DNA from: Clostridiales bacterium
GTDB lineage: Bacteria; Bacillota; Clostridia; Christensenellales; Aristaeellaceae
Direction of reading: 5' to 3'
Length of the DNA stretch: 64,000 nt
Assembly: GCA_015056015.1 (NCBI GenBank)
Contig: SVHD01000005.1
Coordinates: 13,924 to 77,923 of the forward strand
Shown here one piece after another: positions 49,622 through 58,822 of the stretch. Positions within the stretch are counted from its first letter, which is position 1. Each line of letters begins with the position of its first letter. The notes beneath the pieces were generated by a model. The model was given only the letters and a program-made list of their open reading frames with translations, made no database searches and was not told where the DNA came from. The position numbers were made by a program, and so were the translations under genes.

Positions 49622-49788
49622 CCGCTCTGGATTTTTGTGGACGTTATCTTTCCCGCTTGTGTCCCAGCGAAGCAAAGCCCCACATCCCGAAACCTGACTG
49701 CGGAACGAAAAACAAAAAACTGTGCAGGAAAAAAATTTATTTTCTCCCAAGTAGCTAGACAAACTTAAATTTGACAAAGGAGTTTATT

Positions 49789-50157
49789 ATGAGCATAGCA
49801 TATGAGTTTTTGAAAGAGTGTGGTTCTTTCTTTGTTTTATCCATCAATGGTGAGTATCCTGCGGGAAGACCTTTTGGTGCAATTATGGAAGTGGGAGAAG
49901 ATTTGTATTTATCCACGAATGATATGAACCAAGCACATAAGCAAATGAGAGAAAACAATCATATACAGATTATTGCAAAGAAACCTGCATCAAGAGAATG
50001 GATTAGAGTTACTGGACTTGCCGCAGAATGTGATGATAAAGACTTAAAGCAGAGAATGCTTGAAAAATTTCCAATCTTACAACAGAGATTTGGAGCTGTC
50101 GGTATGGAACATTTCATCATGTTCAAGGTCAAGGTTGAGAATGTAGAAATCAAGTAA
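49789..50157 (+). CDS. Pyridoxamine 5'-phosphate oxidase-like FMN-binding split-barrel family protein (AT-rich, compositionally foreign)
   Basis: 122 aa from the ATG at 49789 (RBS AAAGGAG 6 nt upstream): MSIAYEFLKECGSFFVLSINGEYPAGRPFGAIMEVGEDLYLSTNDMN..HIQI. It uses AGA/TTA/ATA codons that are essentially absent from neighbouring genes. Confidence 0.75.
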   Translation: MSIAYEFLKECGSFFVLSINGEYPAGRPFGAIMEVGEDLYLSTNDMNQAHKQMRENNHIQIIAKKPASREWIRVTGLAAECDDKDLKQRMLEKFPILQQRFGAVGMEHFIMFKVKVENVEIK

Positions 50158-50178
50158 ATTCCAATTTTCCGAATAAAG

Positions 50179-50211
50179 AAAGACGGCGCCCAGAATGGGT
50201 ACCGTCTTTTT
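50179..50211. terminator. Hairpin terminator between the PNPOx-like gene (+) and the S41 peptidase gene (-)
   Basis: aaAGACGGcgCCCA-gaa-TGGGtaCCGTCTtttt. Confidence 0.65.
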
Positions 50212-50252
50212 CATCTTAAAATTTGTCCGCAGGCGTTTTTCCTGCCCCGGCG

Positions 50253-51467
50253 TTATTTTGCCAGTTCCTTCGCCGCTTCCCAGGCAGCCTTCAGCTGGGG
50301 ATCATTCATATCGCCCAGTTCAAAATACGTGCTCTTGAGATCTTCCGGCATTTCCACCGTCTGATCGGGTGTGATGCCAATCTTATGCACCGCCTGATCA
50401 TTGGAGAGGAAATACTGGGCATAGGTCATCTGGAAGCCATCGGTCTGATCGGAAAGGGTGATCACCGTCTGGATAATACCCTTGCCGAAGGTCAGGGTGC
50501 CCACCACTTCGGCGCGGCCCGCAGCCTGAAGGCCGCCGGAGAGGATTTCGGAGGAGGACGCGGAATTTTCGTTCACCAGAATGACCAGCGGGATATCATC
50601 CTTGCCATTCTTGGTCTTATATTCTTCCTTGTTGCCATAGCGATCCTGGCTGTAAACCAGCACCTGCTTATCCAGGAAAAGATCGGCGATATCAATGGCC
50701 GCATCCACCCAGCCGCCGCCGTTATCCCGCAGATCCACCACCAGGGAGGTAGCGCCCTGCTGCTTGAGGGCAGCCAGCGCATCGGCAAATTCCTGCTGGC
50801 TTTCGCCGGCAAATTCGTAAAGCACGATATAGCCTACGTTATCCTCCAGCATGGTGTATTCAATGCGGTTCACATGGATGATGGCCCGGGGCACCTGGAA
50901 AACGATATATTCGCCATTGCGATAAATTTCGATTTCCACCTCTTCGCCCACTTCGCCGCGCATCACATTCACGGCATTTTGCATGCTGTAGGCGTCAACC
51001 TCAATATCCTCTACCCGCACCAGCAAATCGCCTTTGCGAATGCCCGCCTGCTGTGCCGGCGTGCCTTCAAATACCCGGGTGACGGTTACGGTATAATCCA
51101 GATAATTGCCAAGCAATTGCAGGCCGATGCCGGCATATTCGCCTTCATCATCCGCCCAAAGATCGGTCCATTCCTGGGAATTATAGTAGAAGGAATAGGG
51201 ATCATCCAGGCCGTAGAGCAGCCCGCGGGTAGCGCTTTCAATCAGGGCGTCCACATCCGGCTCCTGATAATACCAGGCCTCTACATACTGCAGAATTTCA
51301 TCCATTTTGGCATAGCGGGAAAGGCGTTCATATTCCTGCTGGGAAATGGTGACCGTCTTTTGCTTCTGGCCGGAAAAATCAAACAGCCCGCTGGCCTGGC
51401 CGGTGATCATCAGCGCGGCGGAAAAAATCAGCAGCGCAGCGCAAAGCGCGATGATTCTCTTTTTCAT
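50253..51467 (-). CDS. S41 family C-terminal processing peptidase (PDZ-containing)
   Basis: MKKRIIALCAALLIFSAAL is the signal/anchor. It has a PDZ domain (GIGLQL..V.RVFEGTPAQQAGIRKGDLLV) and catalytic region (DLRDNGGG...NENSASSSEI...KGI). The start at 51467 has AAAGGAG 5 nt upstream. Confidence 0.9.
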   Translation of the reverse strand: MKKRIIALCAALLIFSAALMITGQASGLFDFSGQKQKTVTISQQEYERLSRYAKMDEILQYVEAWYYQEPDVDALIESATRGLLYGLDDPYSFYYNSQEWTDLWADDEGEYAGIGLQLLGNYLDYTVTVTRVFEGTPAQQAGIRKGDLLVRVEDIEVDAYSMQNAVNVMRGEVGEEVEIEIYRNGEYIVFQVPRAIIHVNRIEYTMLEDNVGYIVLYEFAGESQQEFADALAALKQQGATSLVVDLRDNGGGWVDAAIDIADLFLDKQVLVYSQDRYGNKEEYKTKNGKDDIPLVILVNENSASSSEILSGGLQAAGRAEVVGTLTFGKGIIQTVITLSDQTDGFQMTYAQYFLSNDQAVHKIGITPDQTVEMPEDLKSTYFELGDMNDPQLKAAWEAAKELAK

Positions 51468-51490
51468 AAAAGCTCCTTTCGAGCCCATCC

Positions 51491-52570
51491 TTAACGGCTC
51501 TTTTTGGCTTTGGCTTTATTATTGCCGCATTTGCGCATTTCAAGCAGCATTTTGAAGGTGACCGCATCTTCGAATTTGCGCAGATCCAGCCCCACCTGAC
51601 GCTGCACCTTATCCAAGCGATACACCAGAGTATTGCGGTGGATATACAGCTGACGGGCGGTATCGGAAAGATTCAGATCCTTCTTGAAGAACATTTCAAT
51701 GGTGTAGAGCATTTCTTCGCTGAACAGCCGGGCCGTGGAGCGATTGAAGAGCAGGCCATGATAATGCTCCGCCATTTCGGCAGGAAGATCGGAAAGGAAG
51801 CGTTCCAGCATCATGGAGCGGTATACATGAATGGTGCGCTCCGGCGCATAAACCCGGCCGATTTCGATGGCGCGGCGGGCCTGGCGATAGGAGCCATGCA
51901 ATTCCCCTACGCTCCTTGCCACTTCGCCGATGCCGATGGTGACCGGCAGGGCAATTTCGCCAAGCAGCGTTTCCTGCACAGCGCAGGCAAACTGGCGCAA
52001 TTCATCCTCATCTTCCAGGCCGCTGGCGTCCTTGATAAAGGCGGCGGTATGCTTATCCATGGCCACCAGCACATCGGAAGAATTCCGGGGCAGCAATTCC
52101 TCCAGAATTTCAAAGGCGCTGCGCTGCTGTACCTGCACCATATGCATCAGCAGCACGCACCGGGGCAGCGTGGCCTGAATGCGGTGCTCATCCACCATGG
52201 CGTCCAGTTCGGCCAGGGAAAGCTCATTTTGCAAAATGCGCTGATAGGCGTTATTCAAATCATTGCCCGCTTCGTTGGCCTGAATCACCGCGGCGATCAT
52301 GGCGTCGCAAAGCATAAAGGCGTCCCTGGCGGCGTCCATTTCTGTAATGGTAGTCATAATCACCCAGTTGGTATTGGCCGTACAGATCTGATACAGCCGG
52401 CCATCCTGGGATACAGGGGTACCCGCCTGAGGCAGGGGGGGCAGGGTGAAACGAATATCCTCATTGGGAATCAGGCTGTTGCCTTCCACATCCAGCAGAG
52501 AGATGGGGGCATGCAGCTTGGGAAGCACCTGCTGCAGCTGATATAAAAGACGATTATCCATGACCATCAT
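51491..52570 (-). CDS. PucR/CdaR-family transcriptional regulator
   Basis: 359 aa. The C-terminal HTH is DTARQLYIHRNTLVYRLDKVQRQVGLDLRKFEDAVTFKMLLEM. Confidence 0.85.
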   Translation of the reverse strand: MMVMDNRLLYQLQQVLPKLHAPISLLDVEGNSLIPNEDIRFTLPPLPQAGTPVSQDGRLYQICTANTNWVIMTTITEMDAARDAFMLCDAMIAAVIQANEAGNDLNNAYQRILQNELSLAELDAMVDEHRIQATLPRCVLLMHMVQVQQRSAFEILEELLPRNSSDVLVAMDKHTAAFIKDASGLEDEDELRQFACAVQETLLGEIALPVTIGIGEVARSVGELHGSYRQARRAIEIGRVYAPERTIHVYRSMMLERFLSDLPAEMAEHYHGLLFNRSTARLFSEEMLYTIEMFFKKDLNLSDTARQLYIHRNTLVYRLDKVQRQVGLDLRKFEDAVTFKMLLEMRKCGNNKAKAKKSR

Positions 52571-52773
52571 ATCCTTCCTGCGCCCGGGTAAGCAGGCGCC
52601 TTTGTTGCGAAAAAAGAATAAAGGTTCTTCAATCTAAATTATATCATAATTTATTTGCCGCGTAAATCCCCATGCGCCGGGCACAAATGTAATAATTGTG
52701 TTTTTTTCTGTTTTTTCTCTTTACAATGACACGAAATTGCGCTAAAGTTAAAGTGTATCTGAACAAAGGAAGG

Positions 52774-53646
52774 ATGCCCATGATTTTCGTCATTTGCAAC
52801 CCTGCGGCAGGCAATGGCCGCGGAGAAAAAATCGGCCGGCAAATTGAAGAAGCGCTGAAACACAAGGGGCTTCCCTATCAGTTTCAGTGGACCAGGCGCC
52901 CCGATCACGCCACCGAATTGGCGGAAAGCGCCCGGGAAAACGGGGCAGATACCGTGCTGGCCATTGGTGGGGACGGCACAGCCTTTGAAGTGGCCCGGGG
53001 CCTTTTCAATTCCAATACCGCCCTTGGCATCATCCCCGCCGGCACCGGCAATGATTTTGTCAAAACCATCGGCGTTCCTCAGGATCCCCTGGCCGCACTG
53101 GAGCACACCCTTTCCCATCCCCCGCAGAAAACCGATATCGGCCTGTTCAATGACCGCACGTTTCTCAATGAAATCGGCGCGGGCTTTGATGTGATGGTGC
53201 TGGATTATGCCCTCAAGGCCAAGCGCTATTGCCGGGGGCTGCTGCCGTATCTCTACGGCGTTTTGCAAACGCTTTTCCGCTTCCGCGCCATTCCGCTTAC
53301 CTATACCACGGAAGACGGGCAAACCGTCACCAAGGATGTTTTCGTTATCGCCGTGGCGAATGGCGGCGTCATTGGCGGGGGCATCGTGATTGCCCCGGAT
53401 GCAAAAGCGGATGACGGGCTGCTGGATGTGGTGATCGTGGATAACGTAAAAAAATGGCGCTTGCCCGCCCGGCTCATCGGCCTGATGCAGGGAAAAATTC
53501 TTTCCTTCCCGGAAAGTCATTTTGCCCGCGTGCGCTCCATTTCCTTTTCTTCCCCGAATATGCGGCTGGATGCCGATGGGGAAATCATTTCCGTCGATTC
53601 CGTTCAGGCGCGCATTTTGCCCGGCGCGCTGCTGATTCATCGCTAA
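52774..53646 (+). CDS. Diacylglycerol/lipid kinase (YegS/BmrU family)
   Basis: M(P)MIFVICNPAAGNGRGEK... with the ...AIGGDGTAFEVA motif. The start is ATG 52774 or 52780, after AAAGGAAGG; the track start at 52696 is rejected. Confidence 0.88.
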   Translation: MPMIFVICNPAAGNGRGEKIGRQIEEALKHKGLPYQFQWTRRPDHATELAESARENGADTVLAIGGDGTAFEVARGLFNSNTALGIIPAGTGNDFVKTIGVPQDPLAALEHTLSHPPQKTDIGLFNDRTFLNEIGAGFDVMVLDYALKAKRYCRGLLPYLYGVLQTLFRFRAIPLTYTTEDGQTVTKDVFVIAVANGGVIGGGIVIAPDAKADDGLLDVVIVDNVKKWRLPARLIGLMQGKILSFPESHFARVRSISFSSPNMRLDADGEIISVDSVQARILPGALLIHR

Positions 53647-53662
53647 ATCCAAGGAGAGAACC

Positions 53663-54679
53663 ATGAAAAAAACGGCGTTCCCGATTCTGCTGATTCTTTT
53701 TTCCCTGTTTCTGGCCCTTCCCGCCCTGGCATTTGAGGATGAGGAAGAAATTCATTTCCGCACGCCTGCGCCCCGGCCCATCCTGCGGGTGCAGAGCCCC
53801 AAAAACGGAAGCAGCTGGGAAAAAGGCGGAAAGCTGACCGTGGAAGCTGCCTGCGAGGGGGCGGAAGCCATTGAGGCCGTTTTGCGTTTCCCCGATGGCA
53901 CGGAATTGACCATGGCCGGCGGGGCGAATTTTTCCCATGTATTTGCCCAGGATACGCAGGCCGGAGAATACTTCACCACCGGCGCCGAGCTCATCCTCAC
54001 CGCCCGGATGCCCGATGGGCAATCGGCCGCGGCCGAAGTGGAAATTATTTCGCCCAAGGATCAATTGATCAAGGATATGTTTGCCGAGGCCCTTGCAAAC
54101 AGCAAGGATAAGCGCTATAAATTCGCCCCCGCCCAGGATGACTGGCATGTGGGCGTATGCAAAAATTTTGTCATGCGGCTTTTCGATACCTATTCTCCTG
54201 CCTATCGGATGGCGGAATACCCCGATCTGGAATTATATATGCCCAAGAATAAATCCAAGGCGGATAGCGCGCCCTACGATTACGGCATCGAATGGCGTCC
54301 CGAAGGCCCCGTTGACGGCGCGCCCTTTGAAATCGCCGCCCAATTCAAATATGATCCCGCCCTCTCCAAGGAAGAAAACATGGCCCTGTGCCGGGAAGTG
54401 CTGCACAGCGTGCAGCGGGGGGATTTTTTCCAGATGGTGGGCTATTATTACTACGGAAATGGCCCCCACAGCCTGCTTTTCATGAGCGATTACGATCCCG
54501 TCACCGATGAAGTGCATTGGACCGACAGCAACATGAAGGGCGAACGGGTGGACGGCGTGCGCTGGGGCTATATCCAGTATGACGCCGTAAAAACCGCCGA
54601 ATGGTTCGTGGAAGCCATCTGCACCAAGAATCGCGGCTGCACCATCTACCGCCTCCGGGACGACCTGTACGTACAATAA
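53663..54679 (+). CDS. Secreted protein of unknown function (possible Cys/His hydrolase fold in the C-terminal half)
   Basis: 338 aa. The signal peptide is MKKTAFPILLILFSLFLALPALAFE. The C-terminal half has ..DDWHVGVCKNFVMRLFD.. and ..YYYGNGPHSLLFMSDYD.. . Confidence 0.7.
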   Translation: MKKTAFPILLILFSLFLALPALAFEDEEEIHFRTPAPRPILRVQSPKNGSSWEKGGKLTVEAACEGAEAIEAVLRFPDGTELTMAGGANFSHVFAQDTQAGEYFTTGAELILTARMPDGQSAAAEVEIISPKDQLIKDMFAEALANSKDKRYKFAPAQDDWHVGVCKNFVMRLFDTYSPAYRMAEYPDLELYMPKNKSKADSAPYDYGIEWRPEGPVDGAPFEIAAQFKYDPALSKEENMALCREVLHSVQRGDFFQMVGYYYYGNGPHSLLFMSDYDPVTDEVHWTDSNMKGERVDGVRWGYIQYDAVKTAEWFVEAICTKNRGCTIYRLRDDLYVQ

Positions 54680-54700
54680 GATCGGGAACGGGAAATATTT

Positions 54701-54751
54701 GCGGGAGGATGCTTTTGAGTCAAAAGCACCCTCCCGCACCCTCCCGAAAAC
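54701..54751 (+). repeat. Intergenic hairpin-plus-tail repeat, variant copy E
   Basis: gcgggaggatgcttttga-gt-caaaagcaccctcccgc followed by accctcccgaaaac. It has the same architecture with a diverged loop-proximal core. Confidence 0.65.
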
Positions 54752-54881
54752 CTGCTCGGGAACGATCTAAAAAAACATAACTTGCTTGCGTGCCCGTGAG
54801 GGCTTATTTTTTTGCAAAAAAATATCTCCTCCGAGCAGGGAGACATTGACCTTTCAAAAAAACCAGAGATATTCCTTAAAG

Positions 54882-54942
54882 CTTTCTTGGAAGGGGGCGC
54901 GGGGGAAACCATTCTTTGGCTCCAAAGAATGGTTTCCCCCGC
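54882..54942 (-). repeat. Intergenic hairpin-plus-tail repeat, copy D (inverted orientation)
   Basis: ctttcttggaaggggg-cgcgggggaaaccattctttg-gctc-caaagaatggtttcccccgc. The stem matches copy A nearly base for base. Confidence 0.8.
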
Positions 54943-54953
54943 AAAAAACCTCA

Positions 54954-56216
54954 TCACAAATCCCTATGGGTATAGCTTGTGGTTTCCCCCACCGTCTGGC
55001 CGCTGCCCAGGAGGCAATATTTGTAGGTGCAAAGGCCCTCCAGGCCCACGGGCCCACGGGCATGGAGCTTGCCGGTGGCGATCCCCACCTCTGCGCCAAA
55101 GCCATAACGGAAGCCATCGGCAAAGCGGGTGGAGCAATTGACGTATACCCCCGCGCTGTCCACCCGGCTCATGAAGCGCTGCTTGGCCGATTCATTTTCG
55201 GTAATAATTGCATCGGTGTGATGGGAGCCATAATGGTTGATATGGTCAATGGCTTCTTCCAGCGAATTGACAATCCTGATGGACAGGATGGCGTCCAGAT
55301 ATTCGGTGGCCCAGTCATCCTCGGCAGCGGGCAGGCAATCAATGATCGCCTGCGTCTTTTCATCGCCCCGGATTTCCACGCCCTTTTCCTTCAGCGCTTT
55401 TGCGCACGGGGGCAAAAATGCCGCCGCGATTCTTTCATGCACCAGCAGCGTTTCCGTTGCATTGCATACCGCCAGGGCCTGGGTCTTGGCGTCCACGGTC
55501 ACCTTCACCGCCGTTTCAATATCGGCATATTCATCCACATAGGTATGGCAAATGCCATCCGCATGGCCCATAACGGGAATGCGGGTATGATCCATCATAT
55601 AGCGAACGAAGGCATTGCTCCCCCGGGGAATGAGCAGGTCAATGCATTCATCCTGGGACAGCATTTCGTTTACGTCATCCCGGGTTTCCAAGAGCGCCGC
55701 CCAGCCATCGGGCAAAATGCCCCGTGCGCCCTCTTCCATGGCGGCAAACAGCGCCCGGTTGGTGTGCAGGGCCTCTCTGCCCCCTTTGAGCAGCGCCGCA
55801 TTGCCGCTCTTTAAGCAAAGCGTGGCAATCTGCACCAGCGCATCCGGCCGGGATTCAAAAATCACGCCGATGACGCCAATGGGGCAGCTGATGCGATACA
55901 GATTCAGCCCCGGATTTAATTCCCGGGCAAGCAAGGTATGCCCCAATGGATCAGGCAGGGCAATCAAAGAGGCAATGCCGGCCTGCACATCCTGCATTTT
56001 CTTTTCATCAAATTTCAGCCGTTTCAGCAGCGGCGCCGCCAGATTTTCCCTTTCCGCGTCCGCAAGATCCTTTCTGTTTTCCGCAAAAATCTCCGCCGCA
56101 TGCGCTTGCAGCGCCTGGCCGATTTTTTTAAGCGCTTCATTCCGCTTTTCCAGGGACAGGGCCGATAAATCATAGGCCGCCTGCCGGGCCGTAAACGCCA
56201 AATCCTTTACCTGCAT
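54954..56216 (-). CDS. proA: Glutamate-5-semialdehyde dehydrogenase (gamma-glutamyl phosphate reductase)
   Basis: MQVKDLAFTARQAAYDLSALSLEKRNEAL... and ...CNATETLLVH... The start at 56216 has GGAGGG 7 nt upstream; the track start at 56231 overlaps that RBS. Confidence 0.93.
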   Translation of the reverse strand: MQVKDLAFTARQAAYDLSALSLEKRNEALKKIGQALQAHAAEIFAENRKDLADAERENLAAPLLKRLKFDEKKMQDVQAGIASLIALPDPLGHTLLARELNPGLNLYRISCPIGVIGVIFESRPDALVQIATLCLKSGNAALLKGGREALHTNRALFAAMEEGARGILPDGWAALLETRDDVNEMLSQDECIDLLIPRGSNAFVRYMMDHTRIPVMGHADGICHTYVDEYADIETAVKVTVDAKTQALAVCNATETLLVHERIAAAFLPPCAKALKEKGVEIRGDEKTQAIIDCLPAAEDDWATEYLDAILSIRIVNSLEEAIDHINHYGSHHTDAIITENESAKQRFMSRVDSAGVYVNCSTRFADGFRYGFGAEVGIATGKLHARGPVGLEGLCTYKYCLLGSGQTVGETTSYTHRDL

Positions 56217-56406
56217 GAAAAATCCCTCCATTATATTGGCATTATAGCCGATTTTCAGGGATATTTCAATTTATTCCCATGAAGATACAGGAAAAATACG
56301 GCAGGGGAAAAATTAAAATATTTCCAGGAATGAATGAAAATGGATCTTTTCCGTGTCTATATAAGCGAGAACCGGTTCCAATGCCCAGGAAAGGAGATTT
56401 TCAGGG

Positions 56407-56931
56407 ATGCTCAATCAAATGACCATGGATGAAAACGCAAAGGTTTGCTGTTTTACCATGGAAGAAATCATCGATGATTTTGGAAAAGAAATCTGGTATC
56501 TATGCCTGATGTATGTAAAGGACAGGCATCTGGCAGAGGACGCCTTTCAAATCGCCCTCACCAAGGCCTGGGAAAAGCGCTTCTCCTTCCGCGGGGAAAG
56601 CAGCTTAAAAACCTGGGTGATGCAAATCGCCGCCAATACCTGCCGCAATATGCTGCGCACCCAATGGTTCAAAGGAATGAAAAAGAGTCTCCCCGAGGAA
56701 ATGCTCTTTTCTACCCCGGCGGCGGATGACAGCGAGCGGCGGGAGGTCCGCCAGGCGGTATTACAGCTTCCCGCCAAATACCGGGAAATGATTTTACTTT
56801 ACTATTTTCAGGGCATGAAAATTCACGAAATCGCATCCGCCCTGAATATGAAGGAAGGCACCGTATCCACCCGGCTCAAGCGCGCCCGGGATATGCTGGG
56901 CAAAGAATTGAAGGAGGAGATGGAAGCATGA
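56407..56931 (+). CDS. ECF-subfamily RNA polymerase sigma-70 factor
   Basis: 174 aa with region 2 (..DRHLAEDAFQIALTKAWEK..) and region 4 (LPAKYREMILLYYFQGMKIHEIASALNMKEGTVSTRLKRAR). Confidence 0.9.
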   Translation: MLNQMTMDENAKVCCFTMEEIIDDFGKEIWYLCLMYVKDRHLAEDAFQIALTKAWEKRFSFRGESSLKTWVMQIAANTCRNMLRTQWFKGMKKSLPEEMLFSTPAADDSERREVRQAVLQLPAKYREMILLYYFQGMKIHEIASALNMKEGTVSTRLKRARDMLGKELKEEMEA

Positions 56932-58082
56932 AACGGGATGAACTTACCAGGCTTTTGCAAGCCGATGCACAAAATACCCCCGTGCCCCCTTCCCTCCGGA
57001 ATGCCGTTCTGGATGCAGTGCAGGGAAAGGAGACGCCCATCATGAAAAAGAAAATTTCTGTTGCATTTGCCTTTGCACTTGCCCTGGTGCTGATTTGCTC
57101 CGTGGCCCTGGCAGTTGCCAACCAGGCAGGTATTCTGGATTTTGCCGGACGCTACATCGGCAGCTACGTCCCTGAAAATGCCGGGGATTATGTGCAAAGC
57201 AGCGGCGTGGTTCTGGAAAACGAGGTGTTCACAGCCACCATTCGGGAACAGTATTATGACGGCCGGGTGGCGCGGCTGGTGATGGATTTTGCACCCAAGG
57301 ATGAAAATGTGCTCTTCATCGGCGCGGATAACTGTGGCGATGATCTCTGGCAGGATCTGATCAGCCTGAACCATGGCGATATGGATCAGAGCGACAAGCG
57401 GATGATCCAGGATGTGCTGCCGGAATACAAAGCGGCCTACCAGTGCGGCTTTATCTCCATTCCGGCGGAAAATGACCGGGATCTGGGCGGTACCGGTGAT
57501 TATTATCTCAATCCCGAAACCGGGGTGCTCACCGTTTATGATCAGACGGAATTTGCCGAAAACAAGGAAAGCAGAGAAATTACTATCCGTGCCTCCGCCT
57601 TCCCTGCAGCCGTGAAGGATGGCGAATTCATTCTGGATTGGGAAAATGCCACCCGTTCGGAGATTGTGCTGCCCCTTACTGCCGTTTTGCCCCAAACCCA
57701 GACCTATGAAAGCGTAGAGCCCGTGGAATTCCCTTCCGTGGGCGTGCGGGTGGATCGGCTGCTGATCGAAGTAAAGCCCCAGGAAATTTTCGCCACCATT
57801 GATTGCACCGTCATTGATGAAGAAGCGTACAATAAAACGGAGCATGGCTTATGGTTTGAATTTATCGATCCGAGCAGCACCGAAACCGAAGCCTGGAAGC
57901 AGCAGCTTTCCTCCGGCCTCACCGGCAGCGCCAGCGTAAGCACTGTTACCGATGGCAAATTCCAGCAGCATGAAACCCTGGGGCTCAAGGAACTCTACGA
58001 AACCTACACCCTTCGTGCTTACGACGCCTGGACCAAGGATCGCTACGAAACCCAGACCCTGGTTATGAAACCCGTGGAATAA
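56928..58082 (+). CDS. Anti-sigma factor-like single-pass membrane protein (DUF4179-type) with a large extracytoplasmic domain
   Basis: 384 aa. It overlaps the sigma-factor stop. The N-terminal about 35 aa are cytoplasmic, followed by the TM segment ISVAFAFALALVLICSVALAVA. Confidence 0.75.
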   Translation: MKRDELTRLLQADAQNTPVPPSLRNAVLDAVQGKETPIMKKKISVAFAFALALVLICSVALAVANQAGILDFAGRYIGSYVPENAGDYVQSSGVVLENEVFTATIREQYYDGRVARLVMDFAPKDENVLFIGADNCGDDLWQDLISLNHGDMDQSDKRMIQDVLPEYKAAYQCGFISIPAENDRDLGGTGDYYLNPETGVLTVYDQTEFAENKESREITIRASAFPAAVKDGEFILDWENATRSEIVLPLTAVLPQTQTYESVEPVEFPSVGVRVDRLLIEVKPQEIFATIDCTVIDEEAYNKTEHGLWFEFIDPSSTETEAWKQQLSSGLTGSASVSTVTDGKFQQHETLGLKELYETYTLRAYDAWTKDRYETQTLVMKPVE

Positions 58083-58098
58083 CCCCTCATTTCTCAAT

Positions 58099-58125
58099 GC
58101 CCCCTTGATTCCAAGGGGGCTTTTT
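58099..58125 (+). terminator. Intrinsic terminator after the sigma/anti-sigma pair
   Basis: GCCCCCTTG-attc-CAAGGGGGC-ttttt. Confidence 0.88.
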
Positions 58126-58239
58126 CAATGGCCGCTATGAAAACGATCCCTTCTTTCAAATTGATTCTTTCCCTGCCGCCCATTATAATAAAGCCAGGTA
58201 AAGGCCTTGCCCAAAACAAAAAGAAAGGTTGCTGACGAA

Positions 58240-58671
58240 ATGGAAAAATATGATTTGAATCAGCTGGCCCTAATCACCGGCTTAACCACCCGAACCTTGC
58301 GGAATTATCTGAATCAGGGCATTTTGGAAGGCGAAAAACTGGCGGGAAACTGGCATTTTTCAGAAGAAAACCTGGAAAAATTCTTTTCCTCCCCCGAGGT
58401 CAAGCGTTCCCTGACTGCCAAGCGGCATGCACTGGTATACGATTTCATGGCAGATACCTACAAAAAGAATAATCGCATCTGCATGATTCTGGATTTCCCG
58501 GTAGCCCAGGAGGAAGCCAATACCATTTCCGATTTATTCTGTTCCTTCATCAATGAAAAGATCCAGGATATCCAATTCAAATTTCATTATGACGTCCATG
58601 GAGCGCGGGTGATTCTTTCCGGAGCTGAGGATGCCGTTATGGATGTGATCTATCAGTATTACGGCAAATAA
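58240..58671 (+). CDS. MerR-type HTH domain protein (N-terminal HTH, uncharacterised C-terminal domain)
   Basis: MEKYDLNQLALITGLTTRTLRNYLNQGIL is a MerR-like HTH. I chose the ATG at 58240 over the non-ATG track start at 58207. Confidence 0.7.
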   Translation: MEKYDLNQLALITGLTTRTLRNYLNQGILEGEKLAGNWHFSEENLEKFFSSPEVKRSLTAKRHALVYDFMADTYKKNNRICMILDFPVAQEEANTISDLFCSFINEKIQDIQFKFHYDVHGARVILSGAEDAVMDVIYQYYGK

Positions 58672-58698
58672 TTTTGCTTCTGAATACGCTGCTTATAA

Positions 58699-58736
58699 CG
58701 GAAAAATGGGGAGGCGATCCTCCCCTTCCGTTTTTT
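58699..58736 (+). terminator. Intrinsic terminator after the MerR-type gene
   Basis: CGGAaaaaTGGGGAGG-cgat-CCTCCCCtTCCG-tttttt. Confidence 0.8.
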
Positions 58737-58822
58737 CCCAGGCGTTCCCATTTCCCCTCCCATTGCATTTTTTCCGGAACTATGCTATAATATTTTCCCG
58801 ATGAAAGAAAGGAGGCGCGTTT

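Noticed and set aside
56327-56357. A possible ECF-type autoregulated promoter (GGAAT ... CGTGTC) upstream of the sigma factor gene
   Set aside because: The spacing between the two elements is about 20 nt, against the usual 16-17 nt, and the match is weak, so I do not report it as a feature.
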